Assembly (NCBI GenBank): GCA_963771015.1
Contig: CAVYRN010000013.1
Span: forward strand, 25,211-89,210
Source of the DNA: an uncultured Actinomycetota bacterium
GTDB taxonomy: Bacteria; Actinomycetota; Actinomycetes; Actinomycetales; Dermatophilaceae
Length of the DNA: 64,000 nucleotides
Reading direction: 5' to 3'
Under the pieces are notes generated by a model. It searched no databases. It worked only from the letters and a program-made list of their open reading frames with translations, and had not been told where the DNA came from. Shown here one piece after another: positions 30,868 to 41,963 of the stretch (the first letter of the stretch is position 1; each line of letters begins with the position of its first letter). Position numbers and translations under genes: made by a program.

Positions 30868-32249
30868 CTAGCTGCTCGGGACGAGCAGCCGCTCCCGCCA
30901 GCCGGGGTAGAGCTGGTCGGCGTCCTGGGGGAAGGACTCGAACGCCCGGCCGAACTCGCCGTGCGCCGTTGCCCACTCGACCGGGTCGGCCCCGGCCCTC
31001 CAGCACTCGTAGGCCTGGCGCAGTGAGCGGGCGCCCGCGGCCGGGCTGTCGAGATGGCCGTACGCGCCGCCGCCGGCGGTGTTGATGACGTTGCCGTGGC
31101 CGAGGTTCTCGAAGAAGCCGGGCAGCCGGAGCGCGTTCATCCCGCCCGAGATGATCGGCGTCGTCGCGCGCATGCCGTCCCACCGCTGGTAGTAGACGGG
31201 TCCCTGCGCCTCGTCACGCTCGATCATGTAGGCGATGATCCGGTCGTCGCCCTCGCCCTCCATCTTCCCGTATCCCATCGTGCCGACGTGGATGCCCGAG
31301 GCGCCCTGCAGGCGCGACATCTTGGCCAGGACGAAGGCGGTGTAGCCGCGCTTGGCGCTCGGCGAGGTGACCGCGCCGTGACCGGCCCGGTGGTAGTGGA
31401 GGAACTGGCCGGGGTAGTTGCGCCGGGCCGTCGTCACCATCCCGGGGCCGCCGACGTACCCGTCGACGAGGAACGCGAGCTTGTTCGCGTCGGGGCCGAA
31501 GGTCTCCAGCGCGAAGTCGGCACGGGCCAGCATCTCGTGGTGGTCGTCGGCGGTGATGTTCATCGAGAAGAGCTTGGCCTCACCGGTCTCGTCCATCGCC
31601 CGCTTCATCGCGTCGTAGACCAGGGGGATCGTCGTCCTGAGCGGCGCGAAGACCTGGTTGCCCTGCGGCTCGTCGTTCTTGATGAAGTCCCCGCCCAGCC
31701 AGAACTGGTACGCCGCCTCGGCGAAGGGCTCGGGGCGCAGCCCGAGCTTCGGCTTGATGATCGTCCCCGAGATATAGCCGCCGTCCCTGACCGGGCGGCC
31801 GAGGATGCGCCACAGGTCCTCGATGTTCATCGACGGCCCGTCGAACTGCCGGATCGCCTCGGGCGGGACGAAGAAGTCGACCATCTTGGCGTACTCGATG
31901 TCGCCCATGCCCTGGTTGTTGCCGATCGTCAGGGTGAGGAAGGAGACCATCATCATCCGGCCGTCGGTGACGTTGCGGTCGAACAGCTCCAGTGGGTAGG
32001 CGATCCGCATGTCCTCGCTCGCCTCGTCGACGTGGTAGACGAGGGCGTCGACGCCCTTGGTGAAGTCGTCGGTCGTCGACACCTCGACGTTCGTGCCGGT
32101 CGAGGACTCGGCGGCGAAGTGGGCCGCCGATGCGAGGTAGGCGTACCCCGCCTTCGGCTTCATCCGGTAGGCGCACAGGATGTGCCTCCCGCCGGCGATG
32201 AGCTCCTCCTCGGTGAGGCTCAGGTCGGCATACCGTGCTGACTGGTCCA

Positions 32250-32253
<4 letters not shown>
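30868..32253 (-). CDS. cbbM: Ribulose-1,5-bisphosphate carboxylase/oxygenase, form II large subunit
   Basis: ATG at 32253 (second ATG at 32250), 461 aa. It resembles R. rubrum CbbM over its full length from memory (MDQSxRYAxLxLxEExLIAGGxHxLCAYxMKPKAGY...). Motifs present: [80 protein letters not shown]. Confidence 0.88.
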
Positions 32254-34162
<1,909 letters not shown>

Positions 34163-34182
34163 GGCGGCGACCCCCGTTTCCC

Positions 34183-34262
34183 AACCTCTGCTAGCAGAGG
34201 TTCATCGACTCAGCAGAGGGCGCAACCTCTGCTGAGTGGTCCAACGTCTGCTAGCAGAGGTT
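34183..34262. promoter_or_regulatory. Three palindromic operator-like sites sharing the CCTCTGCT/AGCAGAGG arms
   Basis: aacctctgctagcagaggtt (34183-34202) is a perfect 20-nt palindrome. actcagcagagg-N6-cctctgctgagt spans 34208-34237. aacgtctgctagcagaggtt (34243-34262) has one mismatch. All lie upstream of the regulator gene. Confidence 0.6.
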
Positions 34263-34280
34263 AGTGAACCGGGCGGGCGG

Positions 34281-34338
34281 CATCCCCCGGTGTTGTCGGC
34301 GGCGTACAACATCCCCCGGTGTTGTTGGCGGCATACAA
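34281..34338. repeat. Tandem repeat, 2 x 29 nt, ending 14 nt before the regulator start codon
   Basis: catcccccggtgttgtcggcggcgtacaa is followed by catcccccggtgttgttggcggcatacaa. There are two differences, one of which converts CGGCGTAC to CGGCATAC. Confidence 0.95.
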
Positions 34339-34352
34339 ATAGACTTCCGCGT

Positions 34353-35543
34353 ATGCCGTCCAGCCGCGCAGCGTCCAGCGGTGCCCGTTCGCGCCCGTCG
34401 TCGGCCACGCTGCGCCGGGTCGAGCAGTCGGCCGGGGCGCTCGGGGCGGCCGCGGTCCAGCAGATGGAGGCCGACCACGAGTGGTACCGCGCACTGTCCG
34501 CCGAGAACCGCTCATGGGTCGGGCTCGTCGCCCAGGCCGGCATCCGCTCGTTCATCGACTGGTTCACCGACGGGCAGTCACCGATCCACGTCACCGCGGA
34601 CGTCTTCGGGACCGCCCCCCGCGAGCTGACCCGGTCCATCAGCCTGCGGCAGACGCTCGACCTGGTCCGCACGGTGGTCGACGTCGCCGAGCGCGAGGTC
34701 ACCGGCCTGGCGGCCCCCGGGGACGACGCCGACGCCCGCGAGGCCGTCCTGCGCTACAGCCGGGAGGTGGCGTTCGCGGCGGCCGAGGTCTATGCCCACG
34801 CCGCCGAGACCCGCGGGGCATGGGACGCCCGGCTGGAGTCCCTCGTCGTCGACGCGGTCGTCCGGGGCGAGGCCGACGAGTCGATCCAGTCCCGGGCGGC
34901 GGCCCTCGGTTGGGGGTCGACGTCCCAGGTCACCGTCATCGTCGGCACGACCCCGCCGGGAAGTCCCGAGCTCGTCGTCGAGGCCGTACATCGGGCGGGC
35001 CGCCGGTCCGGGGTCGAGATCCTCGTCGCCATCCACGGGCGTCGACTCGTCTGCATCGCCGGGCCGGTCACCGACGACCTCGAGCTCGCCACCGCGCTGG
35101 CCCCCGTCCTCGCCGAGGGTCCCATCGTCGTCGGGCCGGTCGTCCCCCACCTGTTCGCGGCCGGGCGCAGCGCCCGGGCGGCGATCTCCGGGCACGGCGC
35201 CGCCGCGGCCTGGCCGCAGGCGCCGCGACCGGTCCGCGCCGAGGACCTGCTCGCCGAGCGTGCCCTCGTCGGCGACCAACCGGCCCGCAACGCCCTCATC
35301 TCCCGGATCTTCGTCCCCCTGCGGGACAGCCCCGGCGGCTCGCTCCTCGCGACGGCGGCGGCATACCTCGACGAGGGGCTCGGCGTCGAGGGCACGGCCC
35401 GAGCGCTCTTCGTCCACGCCAACACGGTCCGATACCGCCTGACGAGCATCGCCAAGCTGACCGGCTACGACCTCGCCGACCCCCACGACGCCCAGGCGGT
35501 CCGGATCGCCCTTGCCTTCGGTCGGCTGAGCACGCCCTTGTAG
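34353..35543 (+). CDS. fasR: PucR/CdaR-family transcriptional regulator upstream of the FAS-II operon (FasR / Rv2242-like)
   Basis: In-frame ATG at 34353, 396 aa. The C-terminal HTH reads FVHANTVRYRLTSIAKLTGYDL. The position immediately upstream of fabD matches S. coelicolor and M. tuberculosis. Confidence 0.75.
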   Translation: MPSSRAASSGARSRPSSATLRRVEQSAGALGAAAVQQMEADHEWYRALSAENRSWVGLVAQAGIRSFIDWFTDGQSPIHVTADVFGTAPRELTRSISLRQTLDLVRTVVDVAEREVTGLAAPGDDADAREAVLRYSREVAFAAAEVYAHAAETRGAWDARLESLVVDAVVRGEADESIQSRAAALGWGSTSQVTVIVGTTPPGSPELVVEAVHRAGRRSGVEILVAIHGRRLVCIAGPVTDDLELATALAPVLAEGPIVVGPVVPHLFAAGRSARAAISGHGAAAAWPQAPRPVRAEDLLAERALVGDQPARNALISRIFVPLRDSPGGSLLATAAAYLDEGLGVEGTARALFVHANTVRYRLTSIAKLTGYDLADPHDAQAVRIALAFGRLSTPL

Positions 35544-35621
35544 GAAACCCACAAAACCCGCGCCCCACATTCGTCGCCACTCGTCACGACACCGGCCGCC
35601 CCGCGCAGGGACGCTGGACGG

Positions 35622-36806
35622 GTGCTTGTCATCGTGTGTCCCGGACAGGGATCGCAGACCCCCGGCTTCCTGGCCCCCTGGCTCGAGATCCCCGGGGTCC
35701 CGGACCGGCTGAGCTGGCTCTCCGCCGTCGCCGGCATCGACCTGGTGAGGCACGGCACCGAGTCCGACGCCGCGACGATCAAGGACACCGCGGTGGCCCA
35801 GCCGCTCATCGTCGCTGCCGGCCTGGTCTCACTCCTCAGCCTCTTCGAGCACCCCGCCGATGGGTTCCGCCGGGTCGGCGCCGGCGCCGGCCACTCGGTG
35901 GGCGAGATCACCGCGGCCGCGGCTGCCGGAGTCGTCTCGGCCGAGCAGGCCATGGTCTTCGTCCGCGAGCGCGGGGCGGCGATGGCTGCAGCCAGCGCCG
36001 TCCGGCCGACCGGGATGAGCGCCGTCATCGGCGGCGACCCCGCGGAGGTGCTGGCCGCCATCGAGCGTCACGGGCTGACCCCCGCGAACAAGAACGGCGC
36101 CGGCCAGGTCGTCGCCGCCGGAACGAGCGAGCAGCTCGCCGCCCTCGCCGCCGACCCACCCGCCAAGGCCAGAGTCATCCCGCTGCAGGTCGCGGGGGCG
36201 TTCCACACCGTGCACATGGCGCCCGCCGTCGACACCCTCGCCGGCTACGCCCGGGCGATGTCGACGCACGACGCCCGGGTCCCCCTCGTCTCGAACCGGG
36301 ACGGCGCCGTCGTCCACGACGGCCGGGAGGTGCTGCGCCGGCTCGTCGGCCAGGTGAGCAGCCCCGTCCGCTGGGACGCGACGATGGAGACCTTCGCCGA
36401 CCTCGGCGTCACCGGGCTCATCGAGATCCCACCCGCCGGGACGCTCACCGGTCTGGCCAAGCGCGCACTGCCCGGGGTCGAGCTGCTCGCCCTGAGGTCG
36501 CCCGACGACCTCGAGACGGCGCACCGGATGGTCCTCGAGCACGGCGAGTCGACCCAGACCGCCCAGGACCCGACGTGGCGCCTCGTCGTCGCCCCGGCCA
36601 AGGGCACCGTCTCGATCTCCGGCGGCGCCACCGAGACCGGGGCCGCCGTGGTCGCCGGTGCGGTGATCGCCACGGTCGGCACCCTGCGCGACACCTACGA
36701 CGTCTCCGCCCCGCACGGCGGGCGGGTCGTCGAGTGGCTCGTCGAGGACGGCGACCCCGTCTCGCCGGGCCAGCCCCTGCTCCGCCTGCACCCCCTCGAG
36801 GGTTGA
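35622..36806 (+). CDS. fabD: ACP S-malonyltransferase fused to a C-terminal biotinyl/lipoyl-like barrel domain
   Basis: PGQGSQ, the GHSVGE nucleophile and AFHT identify the FabD core (residues 1-310). Residues about 319-392 (VVAPAKGTV...IATVGTLRDTYDVSAPHGGRVVEWLVEDGDPVSPGQPLLRL) resemble BCCP/lipoyl domains but lack the (A/E)MKM lysine. Confidence 0.85.
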   Translation: MLVIVCPGQGSQTPGFLAPWLEIPGVPDRLSWLSAVAGIDLVRHGTESDAATIKDTAVAQPLIVAAGLVSLLSLFEHPADGFRRVGAGAGHSVGEITAAAAAGVVSAEQAMVFVRERGAAMAAASAVRPTGMSAVIGGDPAEVLAAIERHGLTPANKNGAGQVVAAGTSEQLAALAADPPAKARVIPLQVAGAFHTVHMAPAVDTLAGYARAMSTHDARVPLVSNRDGAVVHDGREVLRRLVGQVSSPVRWDATMETFADLGVTGLIEIPPAGTLTGLAKRALPGVELLALRSPDDLETAHRMVLEHGESTQTAQDPTWRLVVAPAKGTVSISGGATETGAAVVAGAVIATVGTLRDTYDVSAPHGGRVVEWLVEDGDPVSPGQPLLRLHPLEG

Positions 36807-36820
36807 CCCGAAGGTTGACG

Positions 36821-37825
36821 ATGTCTCCTGTCACGATCGCCGCGCCCGAGGGCGCTCGGCATGCCCGCATCTGGGGAATCGGCGCCTACCGTCCGCGCCG
36901 GGTCGTCCCCAACGCCGAGATCGTCGACGCGATCGACTCCTCCGACGAGTGGATCCGCGAGCGCTCCGGGATCATCGAGCGCCGCTTCGCCGGTGAGGGC
37001 GAGGGCGTCGTCGAGATGTCCGAGGCCGCCTGCCGGGACGCCCTGGCCATGGCCGGCGTCACTGCGGAGCAGGTCAGCGCCGTCATCGTCGCGACGGTGA
37101 GCCACCCGTACCAGACGCCCGCGGCCGCTCCGCTCCTCGCGCATCGCCTCGGCGCCACGGATGCGGCGGCATTCGACATCTCGGCCGCCTGCGCCGGCTA
37201 CTGCCACGCCGTCTCGCTGGCCAACGACATGGTCCGCGGCGGAAGCGCCGAGTACGTCCTGGTCGTCGGCGTCGAGCGGCTCTCCGACTTCACCGACAAG
37301 CACGACCGGGGCACCGCCTTCATCTTCGCCGACGGCGCCGGCGCCGCCGTCGTCGGACCGTCCGACACCCCCGGGATCGGGCCGACCGTCTGGGGCTCGG
37401 ACGGTGCCCAGTGGGACGTCATCGCCCAGCGGGACAGCTGGATCGACGTCCACGACAAGGACCTGGGCTGGCCGGCCATCCTCATGCAGGGCCAGAGCGT
37501 CTTCCGGTGGGCGGTGTGGGGCATGGCACCAGTGGCCCAGAAGGCGCTCGACCTCGCGGGGATCACGGCCGAGGACCTCGACGCCTTCATCCCCCACCAG
37601 GCCAACGTCCGGATCATCGACGCGATGGCCAAGCAGCTGAAGCTGCCGGCCGACCTGCCGATCGCCCGGGACATCGCCCAGGCCGGCAACACCTCCGCGG
37701 CGTCCGTCCCCCTCGCGACCGAGCGGATGCTCCGCGAGGGATCCGCACCCCACGGAGGACTGGCGCTCCAGATCGGCTTCGGTGCCGGACTGGTCTACGC
37801 CGCCCAGGTCGTCGTCCTGCCCTGA
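36821..37825 (+). CDS. fabH: Beta-ketoacyl-ACP synthase III
   Basis: ATG at 36821, 334 aa. It carries the active-site ACAGY Cys, HQAN and GNTSAAS motifs. The 1114-aa track ORF containing it is otherwise an artefact. Confidence 0.9.
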   Translation: MSPVTIAAPEGARHARIWGIGAYRPRRVVPNAEIVDAIDSSDEWIRERSGIIERRFAGEGEGVVEMSEAACRDALAMAGVTAEQVSAVIVATVSHPYQTPAAAPLLAHRLGATDAAAFDISAACAGYCHAVSLANDMVRGGSAEYVLVVGVERLSDFTDKHDRGTAFIFADGAGAAVVGPSDTPGIGPTVWGSDGAQWDVIAQRDSWIDVHDKDLGWPAILMQGQSVFRWAVWGMAPVAQKALDLAGITAEDLDAFIPHQANVRIIDAMAKQLKLPADLPIARDIAQAGNTSAASVPLATERMLREGSAPHGGLALQIGFGAGLVYAAQVVVLP

Positions 37826-37945
37826 CCAACGACCACACCCACCCACCAACTCCCGTCGGCCCACGGGTACCCGGGCCAAGCAACCAGCACCACCGATGGG
37901 CATCCGCGAAAGACGTGGACCCGACCGATGAAGGAGCACACCACC

Positions 37946-38194
37946 ATGGCTGCTAGCGAGCAGGAGATCCTCTCGGGCCTCGCCGAGATCATCAACGAGG
38001 AGACCGGTCTGGACCCGGCCGAGGTCCAGACGGACAAGAGCTTCACCGACGACCTCGACATCGACTCGCTGTCGATGATGACGATCGTCGTCGCCGCCGA
38101 GGACAAGTTCGGGGTCCGGATCCCCGACGAGGAGGTCAAGAACCTTCTCACCGTCGGCGACGCCGTCGGCTACATCACGGCCAACCAGGGCTGA
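37946..38194 (+). CDS. acpP: Acyl carrier protein
   Basis: DLDIDSLSMM is the phosphopantetheine Ser motif. ATG 37946 is preceded by AAGGAG (37931-37936). The product is 82 aa. Confidence 0.9.
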   Translation: MAASEQEILSGLAEIINEETGLDPAEVQTDKSFTDDLDIDSLSMMTIVVAAEDKFGVRIPDEEVKNLLTVGDAVGYITANQG

Positions 38195-38199
38195 GCACC

Positions 38200-38234
38200 G
38201 GCGGCGGGGGCGGTGGTATGCCGCCCCCGCCGCC
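38200..38234 (+). terminator. Intra-operon GC hairpin after acpP (attenuator/partial terminator candidate)
   Basis: ggcggcgggggcgg (38200-38213) pairs with ccgcccccgccgcc (38221-38234). The loop and 3' arm carry GTATGCCG. Confidence 0.5.
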
Positions 38235-38353
38235 GCAGCATCCGGGCCCGTCCCCACCATGCCGCCCGTTCCGGCAGCACGGCCGTCCGGCCGGACCTCG
38301 GCCGGACCACACCATCGGCTGACCCGCCCCATCACCCAAGGAGCGAGACCCAC

Positions 38354-39598
38354 ATGAGCAACGAACGCCGCGTCGTCGTGACCGGCCTCGGCGCGACCAC
38401 CCCCGTCGGGGGCACCGTCGCCGAGACCTGGGAGGCGATTCTCGCGGGCCGGTCCGGCGCCCGCACCCTCGACAACGACTGGGCCGAGACCTACGGACTG
38501 CCGGTCACCTTCGGCGCCCAGATCCACACCCCCGCGTCGGAGGTGCTCACCAAGGTCGAGGTCCGCCGGATGGACCCGAACGCCCAGTACGCCCTCATCG
38601 CCTCGCGGGAGGCCTGGGCCGACGCAGGCGAGCCCGAGGTCGAGCCCGAGCGGCTCGGCGTCGCCATCGGCACCGGCATCGGCGGTGTGTGGACGCTCCT
38701 GGACCAGTGGGACACCCTCCGCGAGCGAGGCGCCCGTCGGGTCTTCCCGCTGGCCGTGCCCATGCTCATGCCGAACAGCGCGAGCGGCAACGTCTCGCTC
38801 GCCCTCGGCGCCCGGGCCGGCGCCCACACGACGGTCTCGGCGTGCGCGTCCGGCGCCGAGGCGATGGGCTTCGCCGCCCAGATGATCCGCGACGGCCGCG
38901 CCGACGTCGTCGTCGCCGGCGGGACCGAGGCCGCCATGCACCCGCTCCCGTTCGCCGGGTTCGCGGCCATGCAGGCCCTCTCGACCCGCAACGACGAGCC
39001 GGAGAAGGCATCCCGTCCCTACGACACCGGTCGCGACGGGTTCGTCCTCGGCGAGGGGGCGGGCGTCATCGTCCTCGAGGCCGAGGAGCATGCCCGGGCC
39101 CGCGGCGCGAAGATCTATGCGGTCTTCGCGGGACTCGGCATGTCCGCCGACGCCCACCACATCGCCGCTCCCGAGCCCGAGGGCGCCGGGGCCTCGCGGG
39201 CGATGGCCGAGGCCGTCCAGAGCGCCGGGCTCTCCCCCGCCGACATCATCCACATCAACGCCCACGCCACGTCGACGCCGGTCGGCGACGTCGCGGAGTC
39301 CAACGCCATCCGCCGGGCCTTCGGCGATGCGGCCGACGGGATGTGCGTCAGCGCGACGAAGTCGATGACCGGCCACCTGCTCGGTGCCGCCGGGGCCCTC
39401 GAGGGGGTACTGACGATCCTGTCGGTGCACCACCGCATCGCGCCCGCGACGATCAACCTCGACAGCTTCGACCCCGAGATCCGCCTCGACGTCGTCCACC
39501 AGGAGCACCGTGCCCTCCCGAGCGGGGACATCGCGGCACTCAACAACTCCTTCGGGTTCGGCGGTCACAACGTCGCCCTCACGATCACGAGCGTCTGA
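38354..39598 (+). CDS. fabF: Beta-ketoacyl-ACP synthase II (KasA/FabF type)
   Basis: ATG at 38354, 414 aa. Features are the active-site Cys (SACASG), INAHATSTPVGD and NSFGFGGHN. Confidence 0.9.
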   Translation: MSNERRVVVTGLGATTPVGGTVAETWEAILAGRSGARTLDNDWAETYGLPVTFGAQIHTPASEVLTKVEVRRMDPNAQYALIASREAWADAGEPEVEPERLGVAIGTGIGGVWTLLDQWDTLRERGARRVFPLAVPMLMPNSASGNVSLALGARAGAHTTVSACASGAEAMGFAAQMIRDGRADVVVAGGTEAAMHPLPFAGFAAMQALSTRNDEPEKASRPYDTGRDGFVLGEGAGVIVLEAEEHARARGAKIYAVFAGLGMSADAHHIAAPEPEGAGASRAMAEAVQSAGLSPADIIHINAHATSTPVGDVAESNAIRRAFGDAADGMCVSATKSMTGHLLGAAGALEGVLTILSVHHRIAPATINLDSFDPEIRLDVVHQEHRALPSGDIAALNNSFGFGGHNVALTITSV

Positions 39599-41046
39599 TG
39601 GCTCACCAGCCGAACGCCGCCTCGGCCCTCGCCTCGGCCTCGGCCAGACCGAAGGTCGACCGGGCGACCGACCCGCGCAACCCCGTCACGCGGCTCACCG
39701 AGTTCTTCGACGACGGCAGCCTCGAGCTGCTCACCGAGTTCGACGACTCGGGGATGCTCGCCGCCTGCGGCACGGTGCGGGGCACCGACGTCGTCGCCTT
39801 CGCCTCGGACGCCACCGTCATGGGCGGCGCGATGGGCGAGGTGGGCTGCGGCGTCATCGTCGCGGCCTACGAGCACGCGTTGGCCGCGGGCGTCCCCATC
39901 GTCGGCATCTGGCACTCCGGCGGCGCCCGGCTCCCCGAGGGGGTCAGCTCGCTGCACGCCGTCGGCGAGGTGTTCGCCATCATGACCCGCGCATCGGGCA
40001 AGATCCCGCAGATCTCGGTCGTCGTGGGCGCGGCGGCCGGCGGGGCGGCATACGGACCCGCACTCACCGACATCGTCGTCCTCGCTCCCGAGGGCCGGAT
40101 CTTCGTCACCGGGCCCGACGTCGTCCGGTCGGTGACCGGCGAGGCCGTCGACGCGCTTCGGCTCGGCGGCCCGGAGCCGCACGGGCGCCGGTCCGGCGTC
40201 GTCCACGTCGTCACCGACTCGATCGAGGCGGCCTTCGAGCGCGGCCAGGACCTATGTGTCCTTCTCGGCAGCCAGGGCACGATCGACGTGGACGCCATCG
40301 ACGACGTCGACCTCGCGGCGACCTTCCCCGAGTCGGCCAAGCGGGCGTACGACGTCCACCCGCTCGTCGCCAACGTCCTCGACAAGGGCTCCGAGGCCGT
40401 CGAGCTCCATCCGCGGTGGGCACCGAACATCGTCACGACGCTCGGCCGCTTCGGCGGGCGCACCGTCGGCGTCATCGCCAACAACCCGATGCGCCTCGGC
40501 GGCTGCCTGGACTCGCCGTCCGCCGAGAAGGCCTCACGGTTCGTCCGGATGTGCGACGCCTTCGGCGTGCCGCTCATCGTGCTCGTCGACGTGCCGGGCT
40601 ACCTCCCCGGGGTGGGGCAGGAGTGGGACGGCGTGGTCCGACGCGGCGCCAAGCTGCTCCACGCGTTCGCAGAGGCGGTCGTCCCGCGGGTGACCCTCAT
40701 CACTCGCAAGACCTACGGCGGCGCCTACGTCGCGATGAACTCGCGCTCGCTCGGTGCGACGAAGGTGTTCGCATGGCCGACGGCCCAGGTGGCCGTCATG
40801 GGCTCGGTGGCGGCCGTCCGGATCCTGCACAGGCGCCGGCTCGCCGAGATCGACGACGCCGAGCGTCCGGCCGTGGAGGCCGAGCTCGCCGCGGAGCACG
40901 ACACGCTCTCCGGCGGTCTGCCCCGGGCGGTCCAGATCGGGGTGGTCGACGAGATCATCGAGCCGACCAAGACGCTCACCGCGCTGGCCCGGGCGATCGC
41001 CGAGGCCCCACAGCGCCGCGGCGCCCACGGCAACATCCCGCTCTAG
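39598..41046 (+). CDS. accD6: Acyl-CoA carboxylase carboxyltransferase (beta) subunit, AccD6-like
   Basis: The ATG overlaps the fabF stop (TGATG). The 482-aa product has carboxyltransferase motifs MGGAMGE, GGARLPEG and TRKTYGGAYVAM. It occupies the same operon position as M. tuberculosis accD6. Confidence 0.8.
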   Translation: MAHQPNAASALASASARPKVDRATDPRNPVTRLTEFFDDGSLELLTEFDDSGMLAACGTVRGTDVVAFASDATVMGGAMGEVGCGVIVAAYEHALAAGVPIVGIWHSGGARLPEGVSSLHAVGEVFAIMTRASGKIPQISVVVGAAAGGAAYGPALTDIVVLAPEGRIFVTGPDVVRSVTGEAVDALRLGGPEPHGRRSGVVHVVTDSIEAAFERGQDLCVLLGSQGTIDVDAIDDVDLAATFPESAKRAYDVHPLVANVLDKGSEAVELHPRWAPNIVTTLGRFGGRTVGVIANNPMRLGGCLDSPSAEKASRFVRMCDAFGVPLIVLVDVPGYLPGVGQEWDGVVRRGAKLLHAFAEAVVPRVTLITRKTYGGAYVAMNSRSLGATKVFAWPTAQVAVMGSVAAVRILHRRRLAEIDDAERPAVEAELAAEHDTLSGGLPRAVQIGVVDEIIEPTKTLTALARAIAEAPQRRGAHGNIPL

Positions 41047-41120
41047 CCGGCCCGCTTCAGCCGGCCCCGCTCTTGCCGACGCGGCTGGTTGCCGGAGCGG
41101 CCCGGTTGGGGGTGGTGCCT

Positions 41121-41145
41121 GCCCGGCCCGGCCCGGCCCGACCCG
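41121..41145. repeat. Pentanucleotide microsatellite (GCCCG)x4 plus ACCCG
   Basis: gcccggcccggcccggcccgacccg lies in the convergent intergenic spacer. Confidence 0.9.
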
Positions 41146-41175
41146 GCCTCGACCGGGTCGGCTCGCCGCCGAGGC

Positions 41176-41691
41176 TCACCCCACCTTGTGGAGCCAGCGC
41201 ACGGGGGCCCCGTCACCGGCATACCGGAAGACCTCGAGCTCGCGGTCCCAGTCGACCCCGAGCAGCTCCTCGATCATGTCCGTCATCGCCTCGGGCGAGT
41301 CCTGGGCGAGGACGAGGATCTCCCGCAGCCGGTCCTCGTTGATGACGGCGTCGCCGCTCGCCGAGGTCCAGGTGTGGTGGATGCCGAGGCTCGGCGTGTG
41401 TGACCAGCGTGAGCCGTCGCATCCCGGGCTCGGGTCCTCGGTGACCTCGTAGCGCAGGTTGTCCCAGCCGCGCAGCGCGGAGGCCAGACGGGCGCCCAGG
41501 CCGGTGCCACCGGACCATGACAGCTCGGTGCGAAGCAGCCCCTGGCCGGCCGGCTGGGGGGTCCAGTCGAGGGTGACCTGGGAGCCCAGGACAGCCTCGA
41601 TCGCCCACTGGATGTGCGGGCATAGCGCCGCAGGGGTCGAGTGGATGAACACCACCCCACGGGTCATGGCGCGCGGCATTGCGACGGACAT
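41176..41691 (-). CDS. DUF3145 domain protein
   Basis: ATG at 41691 (alternatives 41679 and 41667). TRGVVFIHSTPAALCPHIQWAIEAVLG...LDWTPQP...LSWSG is the DUF3145 pattern as I recall it. Confidence 0.7.
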   Translation of the reverse strand: MSVAMPRAMTRGVVFIHSTPAALCPHIQWAIEAVLGSQVTLDWTPQPAGQGLLRTELSWSGGTGLGARLASALRGWDNLRYEVTEDPSPGCDGSRWSHTPSLGIHHTWTSASGDAVINEDRLREILVLAQDSPEAMTDMIEELLGVDWDRELEVFRYAGDGAPVRWLHKVG

Positions 41692-41963
41692 CCGGGCCTC
41701 CTTCGGTGCGAGGGACGTCTTCCCCAACGCCAATGCACCGTGTGTGGTCCGGCCGTGCTGCGGAGGTGGGCGGCCCTGCTGTCGTGGACCACTGCCTCGG
41801 TATGCCGTGCGGCTTGCTTTGCGGGCGCGGGTCACCCCGCGCCGGTTGTGCGGCCCATTGTGCACCACGAGGCGCTCTCACACCAGGCGCCACGAGCGAC
41901 ACATGTGCATTCGGTCACCTCAGCAGTGTCAGAGGCACCTGGGGCCTCAGGTCAGGCCGCCGG

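Noticed and set aside
34481-37825. 1114-aa ORF on the plus strand. Similar giant ORFs are 36695..39568 (minus, 957 aa), 4653..6716 (plus, 687 aa), 38689..41046 (785 aa) and 60174..62330 (718 aa).
   Set aside because: They are Arg/Pro/Gly-rich, low-complexity translations that run through or antisense to well-supported genes (fasR, fabD, fabH, fabF, glnE, RCC1). This is the usual open-frame artefact of roughly 70% GC DNA. Only their C-terminal in-frame parts (fabH, the accD6-like gene, the SGNH tail) are real.
37928-38194. Longer acpP start (MKEHTTMAAS...).
   Set aside because: AAGGAG at 37931-37936 is positioned as the RBS for ATG 37946. The 82-aa product matches normal ACP length.
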